Source: Bacteriovoracia bacterium | Lineage (GTDB): Bacteria > Bdellovibrionota > Bacteriovoracia > Bacteriovoracales > Bacteriovoracaceae | Length of the DNA stretch: 10,564 nt | NCBI GenBank assembly: GCA_046570105.1 | Contig: JBKHVI010000076.1 | Span: forward strand, 1-10,564 | Reading direction: 5' to 3' | Shown: positions 1 through 7,951 of the stretch, piece by piece | How positions within the stretch are numbered: the stretch's first letter is position 1 | How the letters are laid out: each line of letters begins with the position of its first letter | Program-made: the position numbers and the translations under genes | Notes under the pieces: model-generated | Databases searched by the model: none | Told to the model about the DNA's origin: nothing | What the model saw: the letters and a program-made list of their open reading frames with translations, nothing else

Positions 1-77
1 GAGACGCTACCCAATTACCTGGAAGAGTGCTTTGCCGGGGCCAGAAACCGAATTTACACAAAAATTTTGACAGCACC
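1..77 (+). mobile_element. End of an IS256-family insertion sequence (terminal inverted repeat 53-77, with probable transposase C-terminal tail at 2-70); the rest of the element lies outside the window
   Basis: 53-77 TTTACACAAAAATTTTGACAGCACC reads GGTGCTGTCAAAATTTTTGTGTAAA on the minus strand. This fits the IS256-family end pattern G-N16-TGTGTAAA (compare IS256 GATAAAGTCCGTATAATTGTGTAAA). Bases 1-50 are 29/50 GC against AT-rich sequence after 78. Frame 2 reads RRYPITWKSALPGPETEFTQKF* with the stop inside the repeat. Confidence 0.75.
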
Positions 78-1387
78 CTATACTCAATTGGGCTTCATAT
101 TTTCATACATTTCTACTAAATATTGGCCCCTATACTTACAGAATAATTACATTCATCTGCTATCTATTAAGTAGCTTACTTTTAAATAACATTCTTAAAG
201 AACAACTAAGAATTAAGTCTGAAGACGCTTTACTTATTTCTATACTTTTTACAGTTTTACCATTTAATTTTGCTCGAGTGGCATTAATCAATGCTCCCTA
301 TGCTATTTGTTACGCTTTCTTTTTTTTAGCATGGTATTTGATTCCAAAAAACCGCCTTTTCGCAATCTTTCTATTTTTTATTAGCTTTAACACATACTCA
401 CTTCTTGTTTTTTATACTTTGCCAATGCTCACAACTCTCAAGCTTGAATTAAGAGTAGTTCGTATTAAGGAAATTGTATTATGGGGCTTGCGGCGTTTAG
501 ACTTCATGCTCATTCCATTTGTTTTTTGGTATATCAAGACGTCGTATTACGTTCCAAGTAAGCTTTACTCAGGATATAATCAAAACTTTTCAATTCAAAA
601 CTTCTTTAGATCGTTCCTTGAACTTTGTCTTGATTTTACAAATTTGAAAATTCCAGCTCTGCTTTTCTTGTTCTTTTTTTTAGTTTTTAAATCTATTCCG
701 ATTAAAATTGAAGCAAGCTCTAAGCCACAAAAGCATTATTATTGGTTTGGAATCATAGCTACGTTTTGCGCTCTATTTCCCTATTTAATAGTTGGGCACC
801 CTCCAACTTTTGCAGAATGGACATCAAGGCATCAGTTACTTTTGCCACTGGGCATTTCTATGTTGATTTGGTTTCTAGTAAAAAGCATTTCTCAAATAAG
901 TGCCAAACTCTTATTTGCTTCAATAATCTCAGTTTGTGTTGCATTTAGTGTCTCGCAATACTCGTCACTGATTATTGATTGGAAAAAACAAAAAGAACTT
1001 ATCCGCCTCATGAGTAAGAATGATGAAATCAAGAAAGCGAATCTAATTGTATTTGAAGATCTTACTCAATCTCTAAATGCATTCAATAGAGCATATCGCT
1101 TCTATGAATGGAGCGGACTCCTTAAAATGTCCTTCAAAGACGAAAAAAGGCTGGGGATTAACTTTACAGATATAAATGAAGTCAAGGGTGGGAGTTATTT
1201 AAAGTTAACCAAAGATGCTTACAATTTTAGAGATTTTGATCAATGCCAGCTAAAAGAAGCCGTCGTGACTATCAGATTTAGGCCAAAACTTGGTTTAATT
1301 AATAGGTTTATGCCAATTCTTGGGGATGGAAGATTATATCAAATAGATGTCTCGCCCCCACATTTCTTTGAAACGACAAGCAAATGA
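78..1387 (+). pseudogene. 5'-truncated (IS-interrupted) polytopic membrane protein gene, possibly a GT-C-fold/GtrII-like glycan-modifying enzyme; the ORF track calls only 278-1387
   Basis: The frame is open from 71 to TGA 1385-1387. The part upstream of GTG 278 encodes hydrophobic helices (ILNWASYFHTFLLNIGPYTYRIITFICYLLSSLLLNNILK...LLISILFTVLPFNFARV) continuous with the called ORF. GTG 278 has no Shine-Dalgarno sequence. Many transmembrane-like segments precede a soluble C-terminal domain of about 135 aa. Function is inferred from architecture and context only. Confidence 0.6.
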
Positions 1388-2253
1388 AGTAGATCATTAA
1401 ATTCAGTCAATGGTTGCCATCCAAGGATTTGATTGGCCTTAGAGTAATCACCACATCTTGAGAAATTCAACAATCCCGACGGGTAATGAGATGCCTTCAC
1501 GTACTTTTGCCAATCAAGATCAAACAGTTTGAATACACGCTCAACCAAGTCTTTAACCGAATGTATTTTCCCAGTCGCCAGTACATAGTCCATAGAAACT
1601 GAATGCTGTAACCCTAGCCACATCCCTCTGACAAAATCTGGAGCATAGCCCCAATCAACCTTTGCTTCAAGATCACCTAAAATGAGTTCTGATCTTTTTC
1701 CAAGTGATATTTCATGGGCAGCCGTTGCTACTTTTTGAGTTAGGAAATGGGGCGGGCGCCGAGGTGATTCATGATTGAAAAGAATGCCAACAGAGGCAAA
1801 AATACCATGCACCTTGCGATATTCCTCACATACTTCCATCGCTGCAATTTTCATTTGAGCATATAAATTTTCAGGCGCCCGCTTCGATAACTCATTTAAG
1901 GGACGATCACTAGGGGCGAATATATGAGAAGAGGAAGCATAAAAAAATCGTGTCGCGGGTGTATGGAGACGAATTCCTGCTAGAAAATGAGTCGGCCCCA
2001 TCAAATTGACTACTCGGCTCATTTCTTTATTAACTAAATCCTTAGATTGTTCAGAGGAATGATGGTGAGCCGCCAGATAGTAAACTTCATCTGGCATGTG
2101 ATCAGCAACGAAACGTATTACTGAATCGGCCTTAGCAAGATCGAGTTCACCTTTTCGTATCCCTACTATCTGATAACCTTTGCTTACCAGTAGTTCACTA
2201 AGATAGCTGCCATCTTGTCCTCCGACACCGACAATGACGGCCTTCTTCTTCAT
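1339..2253 (-). CDS. Divergent GDP-mannose 4,6-dehydratase-like extended SDR (possible GDP-4-keto-sugar reductase/epimerase)
   Basis: Motifs GVGGQDGSYL, PDEVYYLAA, YAQMK (YxxxK), [11 protein letters not shown] and LGDLEAKVDWGYAPDFV are GMD-like. The catalytic T-S-E motif reads S-S-H. ATGA overlap with the upstream methyltransferase (2250-2253). Confidence 0.8.
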   Translation of the reverse strand: MKKKAVIVGVGGQDGSYLSELLVSKGYQIVGIRKGELDLAKADSVIRFVADHMPDEVYYLAAHHHSSEQSKDLVNKEMSRVVNLMGPTHFLAGIRLHTPATRFFYASSSHIFAPSDRPLNELSKRAPENLYAQMKIAAMEVCEEYRKVHGIFASVGILFNHESPRRPPHFLTQKVATAAHEISLGKRSELILGDLEAKVDWGYAPDFVRGMWLGLQHSVSMDYVLATGKIHSVKDLVERVFKLFDLDWQKYVKASHYPSGLLNFSRCGDYSKANQILGWQPLTEFNDLLHLLVVSKKCGGETSI

Positions 2254-3515
2254 GGTTTGACGACCTCAAGCGTAGGCAGAGGGAATAATAAGTTATGGCC
2301 CTTGAAATGAGAATTTTCTAAAAAGAAACGTCTAAAATGCCATGGCAAAACTAAGAGATAATCTGGCCCAGACGCCAAAACTTCCTTCTCATCTTGAATA
2401 GGTATTGCGGTCCCAGGTGCAAACACACCAAACTTATCCGGATTCACTTCACCAATTGAATGAATATCCTGATCAGTAAAACCACAATATTGAAGAACGA
2501 CATTACCCTTCGTCGAGGCTCCAAGTCCGTAGACTTTTTTGCCATTAGCGTTCGCCTTATCAATAAAGGCAGTCAGTTCTTCACGGCTCTTTTTTATCCG
2601 CTCAAAAAATTGCTTATAAGGCACTAAGGTCTCATAGCCATCACTTTTTTCACTCGCGAGCATGGCTTCAACTGCAATGGTATTAACTTTAACTTCAGAA
2701 TTTTTATTAGCTGCAACGACAGAAAAACTACCGCCATTCACATCATTAAGTTCTACGTCAACAATTTTTAGACCAGCCTTCTCCATCATCCAAGCAATCT
2801 GCTTAAGCCCATAGTACTCAAGGTGCTCATGGCAAATTGTATCGTAAGCAAGACGTTCAATCATCGTGGGCATGTAGCTTTGCTCAAATACCCATATGCC
2901 ATTATTTGGATCAAGTACAGCCGCCACTTCCTGGGCAAATTTAACAGGCTCCTCCAAGTCATAAAGCATAGAGAAGGATGTGATGACTTTGGCGCGTTTG
3001 TTCGGGCGAAACTCAGCAACTTTTTTAAAAGTAAAAAAATCAGGGATCAGATTAACATGCGGCTTATAGTACTGCCGAAACTTAGCTCCGGTTGGATCAA
3101 CCCCAAGTAAATCAAGATTCTCGGGGTAAGCACCGAGACTGGTGCCATCGTTACTCCCAATATCAATTACAAGATCGTTGGCCTTAAGACTTGTGAGCTG
3201 CAGAATTTTTTTAACTTTTGAGTGAAGATGTTTAACCATGCTGGCATTCAACCCTGAGCGATAACCGTAATTATCCCCATACATTTCATCTAAACTATAG
3301 CTGTGCTCGAGTTGCAACAGACCACAGACATTTTCCTTACCATGACATTTAACAAGACGGAGCGGTCCCTTGGTTACATGTTGATGGTTTTTTTGTTTTG
3401 GGAAGACACCTGTCAGATATTGTTCACCTAAATCAACTACTTGAACTAGGTTACTGTTACCACAGATACGACATTGTTTTATTTGGGTATACACTTTAAC
3501 ACCTGCATTAGACAT
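2250..3515 (-). CDS. SAM-dependent NDP-hexose C-methyltransferase (TcaB9/EryBIII/TylC3/NovU-like; Zn-binding N-terminus, class I MTase core, C-methyltransferase C-terminal domain)
   Basis: CRICG...DLGEQYL...C-x6-CGLLQL zinc module; YGYRSG; DIGSNDG SAM-binding motif; GVDP; HEHLEYY; GASTKGNVVLQYCG; NPDKFG; PDYLLVLPWHF. 8-bp overlap with the upstream ABC gene. Confidence 0.88.
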   Translation of the reverse strand: MSNAGVKVYTQIKQCRICGNSNLVQVVDLGEQYLTGVFPKQKNHQHVTKGPLRLVKCHGKENVCGLLQLEHSYSLDEMYGDNYGYRSGLNASMVKHLHSKVKKILQLTSLKANDLVIDIGSNDGTSLGAYPENLDLLGVDPTGAKFRQYYKPHVNLIPDFFTFKKVAEFRPNKRAKVITSFSMLYDLEEPVKFAQEVAAVLDPNNGIWVFEQSYMPTMIERLAYDTICHEHLEYYGLKQIAWMMEKAGLKIVDVELNDVNGGSFSVVAANKNSEVKVNTIAVEAMLASEKSDGYETLVPYKQFFERIKKSREELTAFIDKANANGKKVYGLGASTKGNVVLQYCGFTDQDIHSIGEVNPDKFGVFAPGTAIPIQDEKEVLASGPDYLLVLPWHFRRFFLENSHFKGHNLLFPLPTLEVVKP

Positions 3516-5283
3516 GAGAGTTGGTATTAACAGAACTTAGCACTTCCTGTGGGCTTCCCACCTGAATAATACGGCCACTTTCCATTTTATAAATCCTATT
3601 ACAGCTCGCCACAGTTGAAAGACGGTGAGCCACAATTACAACTGTTTTATTATTGCGAAGATCATAAACACACTTCATGACCTCAGCTTCTGTGTGAGAA
3701 TCGAGTGCACTGGTGGCTTCATCTAAAACTAAGATACTCGGATCGTGATACAAAGCTCGAGCAATGCCAATTCTTTGCCGCTGACCACCTGAAAGACGAA
3801 CGCCTCGCTCACCTACCATCGTGTGTTCACGATCTGGCATTGCATTTACTAATTCTGTTAGCTGAGCAAGCTCAATAGCTCTTTCTACAGCTTGATTGTC
3901 GATTAATTTATCTTCGATTCCAAAAGCGATATTGCGGCGTAATGAATCATCAGTCAAAAAGATAGACTGTGGAACATATCCAATCTGGGCTTGCCAACCT
4001 CTAAGATCTTTTTGGATATCTTTATTATCAACTAAAACCTGGCCATGCATTGGTCGTAAAAGACCAAGTGTTAGATCGATCAAAGTACTTTTACCAGAAC
4101 CACTGGGGCCAATCAAACCAACAACCTCTCCACGACGAACCTCTAGACTCACACCATCGAGTGCCCAAACAGTTTGATCATCGTACTTAAATTTAACATC
4201 ACTAATCATGAGTTTATCTGCAAAAGGAATACGATCTTCAAACCCATGTGAAGGCTCAACTTCAACTTCTCTCCCTAACTCGGTTGCCACAGTTTGAATC
4301 GTCGGCCAACCGAAGCGCATTGCTTGAGTAGAAATTAAGATCCTATTCAGAGAGGGCATAAGCCTAAACGCTGCTGCTGCAAAGACTGCAATCACAGGAA
4401 TAATCCCTTGAGTATTCTGAGATCTTGTCACCATGATAATAACCAGTATGGCCAAACCACAGACTGCTAAAAGTTCAATCCATAAACGCGGGAATTGCTG
4501 CAAGATAATTTGATTACGTATCACCTTCATTCGATGATGATTATGATTACGATAGAGTGAAGCAAAAGCTTCTTCTTGGCCCAACATTTTGGCGTCTTTG
4601 ATCCCACCTAGGCCTTGCTGAAGATGCAAAATACATTTTCCTTCATGTACCTGGCGTCGCTTCCCCCAGCTTTTCAATTTAGATTTTGTTAGCGATTGAT
4701 AAACCCAAGAAACTCCACCAAGAACACTTATTGAAACTATGGCACCAATAGGCTCCACACAAAACAATAGAGCAGAAAGAGTAAGCACAATCATACACTC
4801 GGCAAAAACTTTAATTCCCGGAGCAATGACATAGGTTACGACTGAACTCGATTCACTCGAAATGTTTCTTATCAACTCTGAGGAATTGCTTCTTAAGTGA
4901 AAGGCATAAGGTAAACGCATGTATATGCTAAAAAACTTATCCGCAAAGTATTCTTGCAAGCCAGTGGTATAGCGAGCCTCCCACCAAGTGAGTAATCCTA
5001 AAAATAAAATTTTCGTAACATAAACCAGCACCAAAAATGACATTACAATAATCGCTAATCTTTCCGATGAAGGATTGCCCAAGAAATCTAAGTATGGAAC
5101 CACCCAGGGAAGACTTGAGGATAAATCAGGCTGACTAATCAGTGTAATGGCCGGAATGACAGCGCCCACTCCAATCGTCTCTAACCCCACACCAACCAAA
5201 GTTAAGCAGAGTAATAGAATACCCTCTTTTTTCTGCTTGGGGTTAAGGAGACTAATTAGTTTCGTGAGCTCTCGTCTGTTCAT
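3508..5283 (-). CDS. Fused permease/ATPase ABC exporter, PglK(WlaB)/MsbA-like glycan-associated flippase, 591 aa
   Basis: N-terminal multi-helix membrane domain; Walker A GPSGSGKST, Q-loop YVPQ, signature LSGGQRQR, Walker B ILVLDEATSALD, H-loop VAHRLS. Start reassigned from TTG 5340 (inside gmd) to ATG 5283, 7 nt after the gmd stop. Confidence 0.88.
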   Translation of the reverse strand: MNRRELTKLISLLNPKQKKEGILLLCLTLVGVGLETIGVGAVIPAITLISQPDLSSSLPWVVPYLDFLGNPSSERLAIIVMSFLVLVYVTKILFLGLLTWWEARYTTGLQEYFADKFFSIYMRLPYAFHLRSNSSELIRNISSESSSVVTYVIAPGIKVFAECMIVLTLSALLFCVEPIGAIVSISVLGGVSWVYQSLTKSKLKSWGKRRQVHEGKCILHLQQGLGGIKDAKMLGQEEAFASLYRNHNHHRMKVIRNQIILQQFPRLWIELLAVCGLAILVIIMVTRSQNTQGIIPVIAVFAAAAFRLMPSLNRILISTQAMRFGWPTIQTVATELGREVEVEPSHGFEDRIPFADKLMISDVKFKYDDQTVWALDGVSLEVRRGEVVGLIGPSGSGKSTLIDLTLGLLRPMHGQVLVDNKDIQKDLRGWQAQIGYVPQSIFLTDDSLRRNIAFGIEDKLIDNQAVERAIELAQLTELVNAMPDREHTMVGERGVRLSGGQRQRIGIARALYHDPSILVLDEATSALDSHTEAEVMKCVYDLRNNKTVVIVAHRLSTVASCNRIYKMESGRIIQVGSPQEVLSSVNTNSHV

Positions 5284-5290
5284 CTGAATA

Positions 5291-6361
5291 TCAACTATTC
5301 TGACCGAAACGAGGTGGTGAGTTTTCGTTCTTTGCTTCAACCATATCTTCCATCACCATTTCTTTAACTAGACTCTCAAATGATGTTTTTGGCTTCCAAC
5401 CTAGCTTTTCCCGAGCCAATCGAGCATCACCTAGTAAGCTCTCTACCTCAGACGGGCGAAAATACATTGGATCAACTGCCACTATGCAGTTCCCGTTTTG
5501 ATCATATCCTTTTTCATCTATTCCACTGCCCTTCCAGGTAATTTTCATTCCTAGTTCACTCGCAGAGAGTTCAACAAAATGTCTTACGCTGTGCTGCTCG
5601 CCCGTAGCAACTACTAAATCTTCTGGAGTTTGCTGCTGAAGCATAAGCCACATGGCTTCGACATAATCTTTGGCATGCCCCCAGTCTCTTTTTGCGTCTA
5701 AGTTCCCAAGATATAGACATTTTTGCTTTCCAAGTTTAATGCGACAAAGTGCTCGAACAATTTTTCGAGTTACAAAAATTTCTCCCCGGCGAGGGCTCTC
5801 GTGATTGAATAAAATACCGTTACAAGCATAGATCCCGTAGGCTTCACGGTAATTTACAGTAATCCAATATGCGTAAAGCTTAGCCACCCCATACGGGCTG
5901 CGAGGATGAAATGGGGTACTTTCTTTTTGGGGAGTTTCTTTCACTAGGCCATAAAGCTCAGACGTACTAGCCTGATAAAATTTTGTCTTCTTTTCTAAGC
6001 CCAAAATTCTGATCGCTTCTAAAAGTCTTAATGTTCCTAAAGCATCTGAGTTGGCTGTGTATTCTGGCTCCTCAAATGAAACTGCAACGTGACTTTGAGC
6101 TGCCAGATTATAAATTTCATCCGGCTGAGTTTGTTGAATGATGCGAACAAGACTTGAGCTATCTGTCATATCTCCATAATGGAGAATTAAGCGCAAATTC
6201 TTTTCATGACGGTCTTGGTAAAGGTGATCGATTCGCGCTGTATTAAAAGATGAAGCTCTTCGACGTACACCATGTACGATATACCCTTTTTCGAGTAATA
6301 ACTCGGCTAAATAAGAACCGTCCTGCCCAGTGATCCCAGTAATCAGTGCAACTTTCGTCAT
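5291..6361 (-). CDS. gmd: GDP-mannose 4,6-dehydratase
   Basis: [80 protein letters not shown]. Catalytic Thr133/Glu135/Tyr157/Lys161 are intact. Confidence 0.97.
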   Translation of the reverse strand: MTKVALITGITGQDGSYLAELLLEKGYIVHGVRRRASSFNTARIDHLYQDRHEKNLRLILHYGDMTDSSSLVRIIQQTQPDEIYNLAAQSHVAVSFEEPEYTANSDALGTLRLLEAIRILGLEKKTKFYQASTSELYGLVKETPQKESTPFHPRSPYGVAKLYAYWITVNYREAYGIYACNGILFNHESPRRGEIFVTRKIVRALCRIKLGKQKCLYLGNLDAKRDWGHAKDYVEAMWLMLQQQTPEDLVVATGEQHSVRHFVELSASELGMKITWKGSGIDEKGYDQNGNCIVAVDPMYFRPSEVESLLGDARLAREKLGWKPKTSFESLVKEMVMEDMVEAKNENSPPRFGQNS

Positions 6362-6364
6362 AAC

Positions 6365-6946
6365 TTATCCTCTTGCAAGCACTAGCTGTGAATCATTCAA
6401 TATGTAATTATCTTTCGTGTGAGAACATATCCAGCTGCCCGATCCTTCAATCGGCAAAGAAACCTTCTCACCATACCTACTCATCCACCCAATCTGCTTA
6501 GCAGGCACTCCCGCCATTAATGCAAAAGGCTTCACATCTTTATTGACCACAGCTCCGGCCGCGATGAAACAATATTCCCCGAGTGTTACACCACAAACGA
6601 TAGTAGCATTAGCACCAATGGTGGCGCCCCTTTTTACATAAGTATTGCGATACTCATCTTTACGTGTGAATTGTGAGCGTGGATTGTATACGTTGGTGAA
6701 GACCATCGAAGGACCGCAGAACACATCGTCTTCGATGAAGACGTTATCATAAACTGAAACATTGTTTTGAATCTTTACGTTGTTGCCGATCTTTACGTTG
6801 TTGCCAACGAAGACGTTTTGTCCAAAAGAACAATTCTCACCAATCATCGCTTTTGAGGATATGTGCACCCAATGCCAAATACGAGTTCCAGCACCAATTC
6901 TGGCACCTTCGTCGACAATCGCGGAGTCGTGTTTGTTGTAATTCAT
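6365..6946 (-). CDS. wbpD: UDP-2-acetamido-3-amino-2,3-dideoxy-glucuronate N-acetyltransferase (WbpD/WlbB-like, hexapeptide repeat)
   Basis: [69 protein letters not shown] match WbpD/WlbB; adjacent to wbpB. Confidence 0.9.
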   Translation of the reverse strand: MNYNKHDSAIVDEGARIGAGTRIWHWVHISSKAMIGENCSFGQNVFVGNNVKIGNNVKIQNNVSVYDNVFIEDDVFCGPSMVFTNVYNPRSQFTRKDEYRNTYVKRGATIGANATIVCGVTLGEYCFIAAGAVVNKDVKPFALMAGVPAKQIGWMSRYGEKVSLPIEGSGSWICSHTKDNYILNDSQLVLARG

Positions 6947-6947
6947 G

Positions 6948-7883
6948 TTAACAATTCAAAACATTCGAGTGAGAGGTTCTTGGATTTACGCCAACTGCTT
7001 CTTGGTGACGAATCTCTTCGACTATACGAATAGCAGGAGCAACATCAGCTAGCCCATAGCCCATTCCATTTAGAACTGAAGCGTACACAGTGTTATGAAG
7101 CTCGGTGAAGCCATCAGAGAACTCAAATTCACACTCATCAATTTTGAGACTACGATAAGTCGTTTTCTGGCCAGCCTCTTGAGGAAGAAAATTTCTATCT
7201 ACTGATAAGAACCACTTCACATTAGCTTTTTCTAATTCTAGGTAACCAGAAGCAACTGTTTCAGTTTTTACATGAACCGTGTTCTTTATGGCATCACCAA
7301 AAATCCAAGTGATCATATCAAAAAAGTGCACGCCGATGTTAGTGGTTAGGCCACCTGATTTCTTTTCATCACCTTTCCATGAGCGGTGATACCAATCCCC
7401 ACGAGAAGTCACATAGGTCAATTCGATTTCATGTTTCTTAGCGGAATGATTATTTATTTTAGTTTTTAAATTTCTGATTGCGTCGTGGACACGTAACTGC
7501 AAAATGGTGCTTACCTTGCAACCCGTTTGTTTCTCGAGACTTTGCAGCTCTTCAATCTCATCAACGGTTAAAACTATTGGCTTTTCACAAATAGCATCGG
7601 CCCCATGACGGAAAGCCATTTTAATGTGGCTTGCGTGCAAGTGATTAGGTGAACAAATGCTCACATAATGAACTTCATTCTCAGTGCCTTTCATGTCTTG
7701 CAAATAAGCTTCGAAATCTTCAGAAGCGATGAAAAATTTTGCATCAGGAGCATAACGATCAAGAAGTCCCACTGAATCATTTGGATCTAGTGCTGCCACC
7801 ACGCGATTTCCTGTTTTAACAATCGCCTCTAAGTGACGAGGAGCAATATAACCACCCACACCAATAACAGCGAAATTCTTCAT
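6948..7883 (-). CDS. wbpB: UDP-N-acetylglucosaminuronate 3-oxidase (WbpB/WlbA-like, Gfo/Idh/MocA family)
   Basis: [82 protein letters not shown] closely follow P. aeruginosa WbpB. SD GAGAGGAG at 7891-7898 (minus strand). Confidence 0.92.
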   Translation of the reverse strand: MKNFAVIGVGGYIAPRHLEAIVKTGNRVVAALDPNDSVGLLDRYAPDAKFFIASEDFEAYLQDMKGTENEVHYVSICSPNHLHASHIKMAFRHGADAICEKPIVLTVDEIEELQSLEKQTGCKVSTILQLRVHDAIRNLKTKINNHSAKKHEIELTYVTSRGDWYHRSWKGDEKKSGGLTTNIGVHFFDMITWIFGDAIKNTVHVKTETVASGYLELEKANVKWFLSVDRNFLPQEAGQKTTYRSLKIDECEFEFSDGFTELHNTVYASVLNGMGYGLADVAPAIRIVEEIRHQEAVGVNPRTSHSNVLNC

Positions 7884-7951
7884 CTAGACACTCCTCTCAT
7901 AGAGAAGGAATACTAACTCATTCAAACGCCGGATTTATAGAGAGAAGTTGC
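7884..7951. promoter_or_regulatory. 68-bp divergent control region between wbpB and wbpE, including the wbpB ribosome-binding site
   Basis: Head-to-head start codons at 7883 (-) and 7952 (+). Minus-strand GAGAGGAG lies 7 nt before the wbpB ATG; plus-strand AGAGAGAAG precedes the wbpE ATG. Individual promoter boxes could not be assigned confidently. Confidence 0.6.

Noticed and set aside
68..70. TGA recoding (alternative genetic code) joining 2-67 to the membrane ORF
   Set aside because: TGA terminates gmd, the methyltransferase and both TA genes, including two ATGA couplings, so the standard code applies; this TGA sits inside the IS repeat.
278..280. GTG start for the membrane protein given by the ORF track
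   Set aside because: No SD, and the frame continues with hydrophobic coding-like sequence back to the IS end; better explained as an internal codon of a truncated gene.
320..681. T8 tracts at 320-327 and 674-681 as slipped-strand phase-variation sites
   Set aside because: Expected in an AT-rich, Phe/Leu-rich membrane gene; the frame is intact and the tracts are short.
742..948. 68-aa alternative-frame ORF
   Set aside because: Nested within the membrane gene, no recognisable motif.
2823..4177. Plus-strand ORFs 2823-3110 and 3896-4177
   Set aside because: Antisense shadows of the well-supported methyltransferase and ABC ATPase domain.
5284..5340. 19-aa N-terminal extension of the ABC exporter from TTG 5340
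   Set aside because: Would overlap gmd by 50 bp; ATG 5283 just after the gmd stop fits the operon's spacing.
6771..6806. 18-bp tandem repeat (17/18 identical)
   Set aside because: Encodes [12 protein letters not shown], ordinary hexapeptide repeats of the acetyltransferase beta-helix; not CRISPR or an independent element.
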